Of a DNA stretch of 64,000 nucleotides, positions 53,663 through 63,187 are shown one piece after another. A program made the position numbers and the translations under genes. Within the stretch, counting starts at the first letter, position 1. The number at the start of each line of letters is the position of its first letter. The notes under the pieces are model-generated. The model worked only from the letters and a program-made list of their open reading frames with translations, did no database searches and was not told the DNA's origin. The stretch is from an uncultured Gemmatimonadaceae bacterium (lineage in GTDB: Bacteria > Gemmatimonadota > Gemmatimonadetes > Gemmatimonadales > Gemmatimonadaceae), in the NCBI GenBank assembly GCA_963790305.1, contig CAWBOC010000003.1, positions 1 to 64,000 of the forward strand, read 5' to 3'.

Positions 53663-54718
53663 CTATCCCGATCGCGAAGCGCTCGCACTGTCCCCCATGA
53701 CGGGTCGTCGTGCGAGAAGCGTGCGCACGGCCTGAAAAACTTGCGTGGGGGTCACTTCCGCTGTGAGCGCCGACGCCCGCGGATCGCTCTTGGGGACGAT
53801 GCCGACGTCCCGCGCGGCCTCGGCGCGCAGCGCGATCACGGACGCATCGTCCGATGGAGCCCAGGCCGCCGGTGGCTCGGGGCCAAAGATCGTTACGCGC
53901 GGCACCCGGAGCGCCGTCGCGATGTGCGCCGGACCGGTGTCTGCGGACACGAGCGCATCGCACGCGGCAAGCGCGCTCATGAAGTTCCGCAGGCCGGGCA
54001 CGGAGATGCGCGCGAACGCACGCGATCCCTGGGACGCGCGTGACGCCTTCTCGCTGTCGCCCGGCATCTCGAACAGGACTACCTGAATCCCCGCCCACGC
54101 GAGCCCATCCGACAGCAGGGCGAAGTGGCCCGGCGGCCACTCCTTCGCCGACTCGCCTGCCGAGAGAACGAGAGCGACCACCGGGGCATCACCGCGGGTC
54201 CCATGGGACGTGAGAAGCGCACGCCCCGCGGCACGCTCCTGCTCGGTCAGCGCAAGACTCGTTCGCACTGGACCCACTCGCACGCCCAGGAGCTCGAGCA
54301 GGCGCTGCCGCTCGCGCGGGACGTATTCGACGGCGCGTCCCGCGCGCGGTAGACGGTGCGTGTAGACCCATCCCCATCCTCGCACCGCGAACCCCGCGCG
54401 AACGGGCGACCCTGAGACGAGTGCCAACGGCGCCGTCCTCGGCGACGATTGCGGGTCAACGATCCAGTCGTAACCGCGCCGGCGCACTGCGCGCCAGGTA
54501 CGTGTGGGATGCTTGCGATCGTAGACAAGCCGTTCCCGAATGGCTGGATGGTGCTCGAGCAGGGGCGCCGCGCCCTCGCCCACGAGGAAGTCGATCGGCG
54601 TGTGCGGAAACGCGCGCCGGAGATCCTCGAGCAATGCCGTCGTTAGGACGACGTCGCCAAGGCGTCGCAGCTGCACGAGGAGCACCTGACGCGGATGCGA
54701 AACGCGCGGCTCCTTCAC
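53663..54718 (-). CDS. Glycosyltransferase family 9
   Basis: RRLGDVVLT, KEWP, SADTGPAHIATAL. Confidence 0.9.
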   Translation of the reverse strand: MKEPRVSHPRQVLLVQLRRLGDVVLTTALLEDLRRAFPHTPIDFLVGEGAAPLLEHHPAIRERLVYDRKHPTRTWRAVRRRGYDWIVDPQSSPRTAPLALVSGSPVRAGFAVRGWGWVYTHRLPRAGRAVEYVPRERQRLLELLGVRVGPVRTSLALTEQERAAGRALLTSHGTRGDAPVVALVLSAGESAKEWPPGHFALLSDGLAWAGIQVVLFEMPGDSEKASRASQGSRAFARISVPGLRNFMSALAACDALVSADTGPAHIATALRVPRVTIFGPEPPAAWAPSDDASVIALRAEAARDVGIVPKSDPRASALTAEVTPTQVFQAVRTLLARRPVMGDSASASRSG

Positions 54719-55461
54719 TCCGGCTCGCGCCACAATTTGGCGTACTGCACGAACGCGTAGAAGGCTGCCATTGTCGCATGGATGACCCCCGCGCGTCCGT
54801 CGAGAATGCCGAGACGAAGCACCAGGCGCGAAAAGAGCTCCCACGGGATCCGAAGCACGTGCGTCACCGAAAACCGGCGCCCCGCCTCGCCTTTGCGACG
54901 CGCCGCAAGCTCCGTGTACCGGTTGATCGTGTCGACATGCTCGCGAAGGGAGCGATACTTGATGTGATCGAGGGCGCCGGACAATCGCTCCGTGCGCCCA
55001 TCGACGATCAGGTGCTCGTGCACCGCGAGAGGCGCGAATCGTGCTCGCTCCCGTCGAGCGAGGCGAAGAACCCACTCCGAGCCTGCCCCTCCGAAGCGGA
55101 GCCGGCGTCCGAGATAGATCATGGTGCGCCTCAGCCAGTAGCCGTCGGCTGGCCGTTCGCGGCGAATGACCTGCGCAATCTCGCCGGCGAGCGCCGGTGT
55201 GATGCGCTCGTCGGCGTCAATGGAGAGTATCCAGCTGCCGGTCGCCATCTCGAGCGCCGCCTGCTTTTGCCGGCCGAAGTCGTCGAACGGCCGCATTGCC
55301 ACCCGCGCTCCGCTCTGCTTCGCGATCGAGACGGTGGCATCGGTCGAGCCATCGTCGAGTACCACGATCTCATCGGCGATCTCCCGAATGCTCGCGAGGC
55401 ACGCTTCGAGGTGCGCTTCCTCGTTGTGCACGATGAGGACGACGGAGAGAAGGGGGGGCAC
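54715..55461 (-). CDS. Glycosyltransferase family 2 (WaaE/KdtX-like)
   Basis: HNEE, DDGSTDAT, IDADE, VHEHL, LGILDG. Confidence 0.9.
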   Translation of the reverse strand: MPPLLSVVLIVHNEEAHLEACLASIREIADEIVVLDDGSTDATVSIAKQSGARVAMRPFDDFGRQKQAALEMATGSWILSIDADERITPALAGEIAQVIRRERPADGYWLRRTMIYLGRRLRFGGAGSEWVLRLARRERARFAPLAVHEHLIVDGRTERLSGALDHIKYRSLREHVDTINRYTELAARRKGEAGRRFSVTHVLRIPWELFSRLVLRLGILDGRAGVIHATMAAFYAFVQYAKLWREPE

Positions 55462-55552
55462 GTCTCGCGGAGCGGGATTAGACTATGGACGGCATTGCGA
55501 GCGCAATGACACGGCAGGCAGAATCGTACCCGTCTCGCGATCGAGACGCCAT

Positions 55553-56551
55553 ATGACCGACCCCTCGCGAATTCTCCTGGTCAGTCTCGACAACGTCGGC
55601 GATCTGGTGTTCGCATCGGCGCTCGCGCCGGCATTGCGGGAGCGCTTTCCTGCCGCGCCCCTCGACCTCTGGTGCAAGGCGTACGCTGCCGATGTCGCCC
55701 GGCTCATTCCGGGAGTCACGCGCGTCATCGCCTCCGATCCCTTCTGGGACCGTGCGCCGGGCGCGTCGAAGGGCAAGCTCGCGCCCTTCCTTCGAGCGCT
55801 CCGCGAGATCCATGGTGCTCGCTACGATCTCGCCGTGTTGGCATCCTCGCACTGGCGCGTGGCCACGGCGCTCGCGCTGGCTGGTGTCCCCGCTCGCATC
55901 GCCCGGCAGCGGAAGCGCAATCAGCGGTGGCTCACGCACGTGCTTCCCGAGGAGGACCGTTCGCGCCCCGTCGTCGCGGAGCTTGGGCGCATCGCGCACG
56001 CACTGGGCGCCACCCCGCGCGCCCACTACCGCCTCGATCCGGCGCCGCTTTCCGAGCGCCGGGCATCGTTCGCGTCAGTGATCAGGGGACCGCGCCGCGT
56101 GGCGCTGCACGCCTTCGCGGGAAGTCGCGCACGATGCGTCGCCATCCCGGTGTGGCGCACGTTCGGCGAGGCACTCGTCAGGCGCGATGTCGATGTCGTG
56201 TGGATCGGCTCCGCCGCCGAGTTGGCCGAGATCCGTGCGGGCGGCGTGTCGCCGCGCTGGCATTTCGCAGACACGGTCGGCAACCGATCGCTCTTCGATT
56301 CCGCCGCGCTCATCTCACTGAGTGACGCGTTCGTCGGTCACGACTCCGGGCCGTTGCATATCGCGGCCGGCCTTGGGGTGCCCGTACTCGGGATGTTCAC
56401 GCCCGGCGAACCACAGCGGACATTCCCTCAGGGACCGGGGATGTCCCGCGTTATCGCGCGTCCGTCACCAGCCGGCGTTACGGTGGAGGTGATGCTGGCC
56501 GAGCTCGATCTGCTGCAGCCGCTCGGACCACTGTCGCCAGCGCATCGATGA
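55553..56551 (+). CDS. Glycosyltransferase family 9
   Basis: DNVGDLVF, GHDSGPLHIAAGLG. Confidence 0.88.
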   Translation: MTDPSRILLVSLDNVGDLVFASALAPALRERFPAAPLDLWCKAYAADVARLIPGVTRVIASDPFWDRAPGASKGKLAPFLRALREIHGARYDLAVLASSHWRVATALALAGVPARIARQRKRNQRWLTHVLPEEDRSRPVVAELGRIAHALGATPRAHYRLDPAPLSERRASFASVIRGPRRVALHAFAGSRARCVAIPVWRTFGEALVRRDVDVVWIGSAAELAEIRAGGVSPRWHFADTVGNRSLFDSAALISLSDAFVGHDSGPLHIAAGLGVPVLGMFTPGEPQRTFPQGPGMSRVIARPSPAGVTVEVMLAELDLLQPLGPLSPAHR

Positions 56552-57599
56552 CCGGCTGAGCCGCGAGAGAGTCCAGAGTCGGACCCGGGCTGTACACGAA
56601 GCGACCAGGTGTCTCGTACGGCTCGAAGATCGCTGACCCCCCGATCATCATCACGACCGACGGCTTCGCGAACGCGGACGCAGCATGGGCAATGCTCGTG
56701 TCCGGGGTGAAGACGACGTCGGCCGTCGCCACGAGGGCGAGCGCGTCGCGCAGCCCGGGCACGATCGCCCGAGCACCGGCGTCTCGCGCGATACGGTCGG
56801 CCTCATCGAGCTCGGCGGGTGGCGCCATGACCAGCACGGAACTGGGTGGAGCGACATCTCGAGCTGCGCGGATGGCGGCGACGACGCGATCGGACGGCCA
56901 GCGGCGGCGTGCCTCGCTCGCGGCGATGTTCACGAGGATGCGCAGGCGGCCGTGGTCGTCCACGCGCCACGCGTCCTCTGCCCGCCCGCGCTCGTCGGCG
57001 TCGATGAACAGCTCCGGTCGCCAGTCCGTTCGCCGTACATCCACCCCGAATGGTGTCGCCGTCGCGGCCGACTGCAAGATCTGATGCGCGTCGGGCGAGG
57101 CCGCGCGAACGGGGAGCGTATAGATGAAGTCGTTCGCCCGCCCGCCGATTCCAATGCGGTAGCGGGCGCCGGTCACCAGCATGAGCATCAGCATCGTGAC
57201 CGACGGCTGAAGCACCATGCCATCGATGACCGCATCATATCGCTCGCCGCGCAATGTGCGCGCGGTGCGCACGAACGATCCGAGACGCTTGCGATCGAAG
57301 GTGATGACGCGTCTCACGTTTGGATTCCCCGCCAGCACGACCGCGTTGGACGGCGATGCGAGGACATCGAGCTGGATCGTTGGATGCGCGGTCGCGATCG
57401 CCCGGATGAGCGGTGTCGCCATGATCATGTCGCCGATGCGGTCATACCGCAGGTAGAGCACGCGATGCGCCCGATCGTCCCACCGCGGCTCCTCCGGTGC
57501 ACGGCGACCAGGCAGCATCGCGCCGAGGGCCCGGAACACCACACGCTTCCACGCCCGCTCGAGCTGCTTCAATGCCCGCTTGATCGGCGGCGAGGTCAC
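56478..57599 (-). CDS. Glycosyltransferase family 9
   Basis: RYDRIGDMIM, RRWP, TPDTSIAHAASAF. Confidence 0.88.
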   Translation of the reverse strand: MTSPPIKRALKQLERAWKRVVFRALGAMLPGRRAPEEPRWDDRAHRVLYLRYDRIGDMIMATPLIRAIATAHPTIQLDVLASPSNAVVLAGNPNVRRVITFDRKRLGSFVRTARTLRGERYDAVIDGMVLQPSVTMLMLMLVTGARYRIGIGGRANDFIYTLPVRAASPDAHQILQSAATATPFGVDVRRTDWRPELFIDADERGRAEDAWRVDDHGRLRILVNIAASEARRRWPSDRVVAAIRAARDVAPPSSVLVMAPPAELDEADRIARDAGARAIVPGLRDALALVATADVVFTPDTSIAHAASAFAKPSVVMMIGGSAIFEPYETPGRFVYSPGPTLDSLAAQPVIDALATVVRAAAADRARPASPPP

Positions 57600-58735
57600 C
57601 GAGCCGTTGAGGCGGAAGAGAGCGGTGCCACGCGCATCAGCATATCGAGCACCGCCCGCTCGACGCGCTCGGGTGGAATCGATCGGATGTGTCCACCGTC
57701 GCCAAACAGGGGCATGCCATCCACACCGGCGGGGACGAGTGGCTCGTGGCCGCTCGGCAGCATCACGACGACTGGTGTACCAAGCGCCGCAGCCGCGTGT
57801 CCCATGCTCGTGTCGGGAGTGAGCAGAAGGCTCGCCTTCGCCACGGTCGCGAACGCGACACGCAGAGGAGGCACCATCGCGATCGCACCAACATTCCGCG
57901 CCAGCGCCGTCGCCCGCACCTCGTCACCAGGGCCGCCGATGATGCCGACCTGGACGTCCGGGCGCTGACGGCGAATGGCCCGCAGCGAGATCGCATATGC
58001 TCCATCATCCCACCGTCGGCACTCGTTGAGTGAGGAGATGTTGACCAGTAGCCGAGGTGCATCGGCTCCTGCCGCCGCCCAAGCGCGTTCACCCTCCGCC
58101 AGCTCCGCGGTGCTCAGGACGAGGGCCGGACGCGGATCCATCCCCGACGGGTCGACGCCAAAGGGCAGACCGAGTGACGCAGTGTACCGACTGTGGTGCG
58201 CCTGCTCGTTCGACGCCCGAATGGGAATGGTGTAGACGAAATCATTCTCGCGCCCGGCCATTCCAATGCGTTGCCGCGCCCGCGAGGCCAGGAGCAGCAG
58301 CACCATTGCCGCCTTCACCCGGCCGCCGAACTCCCGTCCATCGACGAAGCGGCGGACCGTTCCGTCGATGATTGCGTCGTACCCCTCTCGGCGAATCTGC
58401 GCGATGACCTCGCGCGGATACGTCAGCCGTCGCCCCGGCGAGAACGCATGCACGTTGCGGAGGAACGGGAGGCCGCGAAGCGCTTCCGCGGGCCCGGGGA
58501 AGGTCAGCACATCGATCGCGATGTTGGGTCGCACTCGCGCGATCGCGCGCAATAGCGGCGTCGACATGAGCACGTCACCAATGCCGTCGTGGCGAATGAA
58601 CAGCACGCGAAGTTGACCGGACGACCAATCCGGGACGGACCGTCGGCGAACTCCGCCGAGCACCAACCCCAGGAGGCGCAGTAGCACACCCTTCGCCTTG
58701 CGCTCCAGCTCCTTGAGCGCCCGCGGCGTACTCAC
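57596..58735 (-). CDS. Glycosyltransferase family 9 (paralogue of the neighbouring gene)
   Basis: RHDGIGDVLM, RRWD, TPDTSMGHAAAAL. Confidence 0.88.
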   Translation of the reverse strand: MSTPRALKELERKAKGVLLRLLGLVLGGVRRRSVPDWSSGQLRVLFIRHDGIGDVLMSTPLLRAIARVRPNIAIDVLTFPGPAEALRGLPFLRNVHAFSPGRRLTYPREVIAQIRREGYDAIIDGTVRRFVDGREFGGRVKAAMVLLLLASRARQRIGMAGRENDFVYTIPIRASNEQAHHSRYTASLGLPFGVDPSGMDPRPALVLSTAELAEGERAWAAAGADAPRLLVNISSLNECRRWDDGAYAISLRAIRRQRPDVQVGIIGGPGDEVRATALARNVGAIAMVPPLRVAFATVAKASLLLTPDTSMGHAAAALGTPVVVMLPSGHEPLVPAGVDGMPLFGDGGHIRSIPPERVERAVLDMLMRVAPLSSASTAR

Positions 58736-59337
58736 TGGAGACGCACGCCGCGGAAGTCGTACCTCACGCCATGCTGCGAGAGCAGGGTGACGAGGCGCAC
58801 GAGTGAGAGGCCCATCACCGCGAAGAAGTCGCCGTCGATGCGCTGGACGATCGTCGCGCCATACCCCTGTATGCCATACGCACCAGCCTTGTCCATGGGC
58901 TCGCGCGTCGCGATGTAAGCGCTGATCTCTTCATCGCGTAACTCCCGGAACGTCACCGACACGATCTCGACGGTCGAGTCGATGCGTGTGCCGCGCGCGA
59001 CGGCGACCGCGGTAAAGACCTCGTGCGTCCGGCCGCTCAACTGGCGGAGCATCAGCGCGGCATGCGCTTCGTCGCGAGGCTTGCCGAGCACTTGATCATC
59101 GATGACGACGATCGTGTCCGCGCCAATGACCACCGCGTCGGGCGCTCCACGAGCGATCCTGTCGACCTTGGCGCGGGCGAGACGTTCGGCGTGTGCCACC
59201 GGCGCTTCGCCAGCCAGGTACGCTTCATCAATGTCCGCCGGGATGACCTCGTGCGCGATGCCGATCATCGTGAGGAGCTCGCGTCTCCTCGGCGACGATG
59301 ACGCGAGGAGCACGCGGGGCGTCAGCGCTCCAGCCAC
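58732..59337 (-). CDS. maf: Maf-family nucleoside triphosphate pyrophosphatase
   Basis: LASSSPRRRELL, IGADTIV, LGKP, DKAGAYGIQG; start uncertain (59325 or 59337). Confidence 0.92.
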   Translation of the reverse strand: MAGALTPRVLLASSSPRRRELLTMIGIAHEVIPADIDEAYLAGEAPVAHAERLARAKVDRIARGAPDAVVIGADTIVVIDDQVLGKPRDEAHAALMLRQLSGRTHEVFTAVAVARGTRIDSTVEIVSVTFRELRDEEISAYIATREPMDKAGAYGIQGYGATIVQRIDGDFFAVMGLSLVRLVTLLSQHGVRYDFRGVRLQ

Positions 59338-59774
59338 AACGTCACCGGCCCGTCGTTCACGAGCTCCACGTCCATCATCGCGCCGAACTCGCCACGCTCC
59401 ACGCGCACGCCGCGCTGGGTGAGCATCGCGATGAATTGCTCGTACAAACGCTCGGCCACCTCGGGGCGCGCGGCATCGATGAAGCTGGGGCGACGCCCCT
59501 TGTCCACGTCCCCGTAGAGCGTGAACTGCGACACGACGAGAAGCGCGCCGCCGACCTCGGGGAGCGCGAGGTTCATCTTCCCTTCCCCGTCGCCAAAGAC
59601 GCGCAGTCCGACGACCTTCTCAGCCATCCACGAGAGCCGTGCGTCGTCATCGTCGTGCGTGAAGCCCACCAGGAGCAGAAATCCGGCATCGATGCGCCCC
59701 GTCGTCCGCGTATCGCCGCTCGCCTCGCGCACGCGCACCTCGGCGCGCGACACTCGCTGGACCAGAATGCGCAT
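59322..59774 (-). CDS. dtd: D-aminoacyl-tRNA deacylase
   Basis: QRV, SQFTL, GRRPSF, NDGPVT. Confidence 0.95.
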   Translation of the reverse strand: MRILVQRVSRAEVRVREASGDTRTTGRIDAGFLLLVGFTHDDDDARLSWMAEKVVGLRVFGDGEGKMNLALPEVGGALLVVSQFTLYGDVDKGRRPSFIDAARPEVAERLYEQFIAMLTQRGVRVERGEFGAMMDVELVNDGPVTLWLER

Positions 59775-59782
59775 GGGGTAAA

Positions 59783-59867
59783 TAAAGGCGCTTGAGGCGC
59801 TAAATGCGCTAGAGGCGCTGAGGGATCCCTCAGCGCCTCTAGCGCATCTAGCGCCTTTAGCGCCTCA
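59783..59867. repeat. Inverted tandem 9-mer array (TARAGGCGC) between glmS and dtd
   Basis: Four left units, central palindrome ctgagggatccctcag, four right units ending in the glmS stop. Confidence 0.9.
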
Positions 59868-61694
59868 CTCCACCGTCACCGACTTGGCGAGGTTGCGCGG
59901 CTGGTCGACGTTCGCGCCGCGCTTCACCGCGATGTAGTACGCGAGCAGCTGCAGCGGCACCGAGGCGAGCACGGGCGTGAACATGTCGATCGTCTCGGGG
60001 ATGCGAATCTCGTAGTCGAGCAGGCCGGCCAGCGCTGGCTCGTCGCGGCTGGTAATGGCGATGACGCGCCCGCCGCGCGCCTTCACTTCCTGGATGTTGG
60101 AGCAGATCTTGTCGAACACCGAATCGTGCGGCGCAATGAAGACGACGGGCATGTTCTCGTCAATGAGCGCGATCGGACCGTGCTTCATCTCCGCGGCCGG
60201 ATAGCCCTCCGCGTGGATGTAGCTGATCTCCTTCAGCTTCAGCGCGCCCTCGAGCGCCGCGGGGAAATTGTAGCCGCGGCCAAGGTACAGGAAATTCGTC
60301 GCGTCCTTGAACTCGTCGGCGATGCGCTCGATGATCGGCGCGCCGTCGAGGATCTGCTGGATCTGCTGCGGAAGCTGGTGCATCGCCTGCACGATGTTCC
60401 GTCCCTGAAGGACCGAGAGGCTCCGCAACCGCGCGAGCTTGAGCGTGAACATCGCCAGCGCCATGACCTGGCTGGTGAACGCCTTCGTCGAGGCGACCCC
60501 GATCTCGGGGCCCGCGTGGATGTAGACGCCGCCGTCGGACTCGCGAGCGATCGTCGAGCCCACGACGTTGACGATCCCGATCGCGCGCGCCCCGCGCTGC
60601 TGCGCTTCGCGCATCGCGGCCAGAGTGTCGGCGGTCTCGCCGGACTGCGAGATGACGATGCAAAGCGTGCGGTCACTCACGATGGGATTGCGATACCGGA
60701 ACTCCGAGGCGTACTCGACCTCCACCGGCACGCGCGCGCACTCCTCGATCATGTGCTCGGCGATCAGCGCCGAATGCCAGCTGGTTCCGCAGGCCGTGAT
60801 GACGATGTTCTCGATGTGAAGCAGATCGTCGGCGGTCATGTTCAGGCCGCCCAGCTTGGCCGTGCCCTCCTCACCCAACAGGCGCCCGCGCATGGTGTTT
60901 TCCACGCTCGCCGGCTGCTCGAAGATTTCTTTCAACATGAAGTGCGCGAATCCGCCGCGCTCGATCATGTCGAGGTCCCAATCGATCTGGCTCACCTGCC
61001 GATCGATCTGGCTCGCCGCGTTCACATCGAGAATGCGGTACCCGTCGCGGCACAGGACCGCGACGTCGCCATCGTCCAGATAGATCACCTGGCGCGTGTG
61101 CGCCAGAATCGCCGACACGTCGCTGGCGACGAAGTGCTCGCCATCGCCGAGCCCGATGAGCAGCGGACTTCCCTTGCGCGCCGCGACGATCTTGTTCGGA
61201 TCGCGACTCGAGACGACGGCGATGCCGTACGTCCCCTCGACGTGCCGGAGCGCATCGATGACCGCCGTCTCGAGGGTGCCATCGAAGTGCTCCTCGATGA
61301 GGTGGGCCAGGACCTCGGTGTCGGTCTCGGAACGGAACTCGTGACCGCGGGCCTCGAGGAGCCTCCGCAGTGTGGACGCGTTCTCGATGATCCCGTTGTG
61401 CACGACGGCGATCGCGTCATCGCAGGAGTGATGGGGATGGGCATTGCACGTCGTCGGGGCGCCGTGGGTGGCCCACCGCGTGTGCGCGATCCCGAGCGTT
61501 CCGTGGACCGGGCTCGCCAGCACGACCGACTCGAGCTGCGAGATCTTGCCGGCCGCCTTACGAGTCTCGACGCCCTTGCCGTTCATGACGGCGATGCCTG
61601 CCGAGTCGTATCCGCGATACTCCAGTCGCTTCAGCCCTTCTACCAACAGCGGCGTCGCGACGCGCGCTCCGACGTAACCGACGATTCCACACAT
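59865..61694 (-). CDS. glmS: Glutamine-fructose-6-phosphate aminotransferase
   Basis: MCGIVG, LEYRGYDSAG, HTRWATHG, SQSGETADT, PRNLAKSVTVE. Confidence 0.98.
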   Translation of the reverse strand: MCGIVGYVGARVATPLLVEGLKRLEYRGYDSAGIAVMNGKGVETRKAAGKISQLESVVLASPVHGTLGIAHTRWATHGAPTTCNAHPHHSCDDAIAVVHNGIIENASTLRRLLEARGHEFRSETDTEVLAHLIEEHFDGTLETAVIDALRHVEGTYGIAVVSSRDPNKIVAARKGSPLLIGLGDGEHFVASDVSAILAHTRQVIYLDDGDVAVLCRDGYRILDVNAASQIDRQVSQIDWDLDMIERGGFAHFMLKEIFEQPASVENTMRGRLLGEEGTAKLGGLNMTADDLLHIENIVITACGTSWHSALIAEHMIEECARVPVEVEYASEFRYRNPIVSDRTLCIVISQSGETADTLAAMREAQQRGARAIGIVNVVGSTIARESDGGVYIHAGPEIGVASTKAFTSQVMALAMFTLKLARLRSLSVLQGRNIVQAMHQLPQQIQQILDGAPIIERIADEFKDATNFLYLGRGYNFPAALEGALKLKEISYIHAEGYPAAEMKHGPIALIDENMPVVFIAPHDSVFDKICSNIQEVKARGGRVIAITSRDEPALAGLLDYEIRIPETIDMFTPVLASVPLQLLAYYIAVKRGANVDQPRNLAKSVTVE

Positions 61695-61719
61695 GGTGCG
61701 TACGTTCCAGGATCCAGGG

Positions 61720-63093
61720 TTACCCGCTCTGTCTCAGCGCCTTGATCGGCGCCCAGGCGCGACTCACCAGCTCACGCGCCGCGTCCTCGGTTCTCGCTTC
61801 GGCGATCACCCGCACGATCGGCTCCGTTCCCGAGGGCCGGACGTGCACCCAACGGTCGGGCCACGACAACCGCAACCCGTCCTGCAGGTCTGCGGTCGCA
61901 TCGGCGAACTCCTTCCGAAGCGCTTGATACACCGCCTCGAGCGACACATTCGGGCGGTCCATCTTGTCCTTGACGATCGAGTACGCGGGAAAGCGGCCTA
62001 CGATCGCCGATAACGGCGTGTCGTCCTCCAACAACAACTGAAGGATGAGCGCGACACCGACCGGCGCGTCGCGGCCGAGGTGAAGCTCAGGGAGAATGAC
62101 ACCGCCGTTCCCCTCGCCTCCGACGGGCGCGCGCTCTTCGCGCATGCGCACCGCCACGTTCACCTCGCCCACAGGCGCCCGGATCACCTTCGATCCGGCC
62201 TCCCTGACCATGTCGTCGAGGATCAAACTCGTCGACAGGTTCGCAACCACGGGCCCTTTCCGGTGTCGCAAAACGACACGAGCGGCGAGTGCGAGGGTAT
62301 AGTCCTCGCCCACCGCCACCCCTTTTTCCGACACCAGGGCCAGCCGATCCACGTCCGGATCGACCGCCATGCCCACGTCGGCCCCGCTCTGAAGCACGAG
62401 CCGTTCCAACTCATGCAGGTTTTCGGCTACTGGCTCGGGAGAGCGTGGGAAACGGCCATCGGGCTCCAAATGGATCGCCGTTACCTCGCAGCCAAAGCGC
62501 TCGAGAAGCTGCGGGATGATGCGTCCCCCGGCTCCTCGAACGCAGTCGAGTGCGACCTTGAAGCCGCGCTTGCGGATCCCGGCGACGTCGAGGAACGGGA
62601 TCGCCAGCACCTGCTCAATGTGCCGGGAGATTGCGTCGCGATCCTCGGTGACCGTTCCGAGCCGGTCCCATGAAGCACGCGGAATATTCCCGTCGACGAC
62701 ACGGCGCATCTCCGCCCCTTCGTGGGCCTCGAGAAAGGCGCCGCTCGGACCGATGAACTTGAGCGCATTCCACTCGACGGGGTTGTGACTCGCCGAGATC
62801 ATGAGGCCACCGGCTGCGTGGTGGTGCTCGACCGCCAGCTGGCAGGTGGGGGTCGTGGTCAGCCCAATGTCGACGACGTCGCACCCCACGGATTGGAGCG
62901 CTGAAACGACGGCGCGATGAAACATGGGACCCGAGACGCGCGAGTCGCGGCCAACGACGATCGCGCGGGTCTTGGCGCGGCCGCTCGCCCATGCGCCGAA
63001 TCCGGCCGCGAATCGCGCCACCACCTCCGGCGTCAACGCCTCGCCCACGCGTCCGCGCACGCCGGACACGCTGATCATCAGCCCTTCGTACAC
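61720..63093 (-). CDS. glmM: Phosphoglucosamine mutase / phosphomannomutase family
   Basis: SGVRG, ISASHNP, DPDVDR, GGEGNGG, RPSGTEP; upstream of glmS. Confidence 0.85.
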   Translation of the reverse strand: MYEGLMISVSGVRGRVGEALTPEVVARFAAGFGAWASGRAKTRAIVVGRDSRVSGPMFHRAVVSALQSVGCDVVDIGLTTTPTCQLAVEHHHAAGGLMISASHNPVEWNALKFIGPSGAFLEAHEGAEMRRVVDGNIPRASWDRLGTVTEDRDAISRHIEQVLAIPFLDVAGIRKRGFKVALDCVRGAGGRIIPQLLERFGCEVTAIHLEPDGRFPRSPEPVAENLHELERLVLQSGADVGMAVDPDVDRLALVSEKGVAVGEDYTLALAARVVLRHRKGPVVANLSTSLILDDMVREAGSKVIRAPVGEVNVAVRMREERAPVGGEGNGGVILPELHLGRDAPVGVALILQLLLEDDTPLSAIVGRFPAYSIVKDKMDRPNVSLEAVYQALRKEFADATADLQDGLRLSWPDRWVHVRPSGTEPIVRVIAEARTEDAARELVSRAWAPIKALRQSG

Positions 63094-63187
63094 GCTCCTC
63101 TCCCGGTGCAGTCGGCGCGAAAGCTACCGAGGGCGATGTCGCGCACCAAGCGCGCGTTACGTGTGGGACTGGCGGCGCGTTCTATGA

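Noticed and set aside
61695..61719. glmS ribozyme
   Set aside because: Only 25 bp separate glmM and glmS, too short for the ribozyme.
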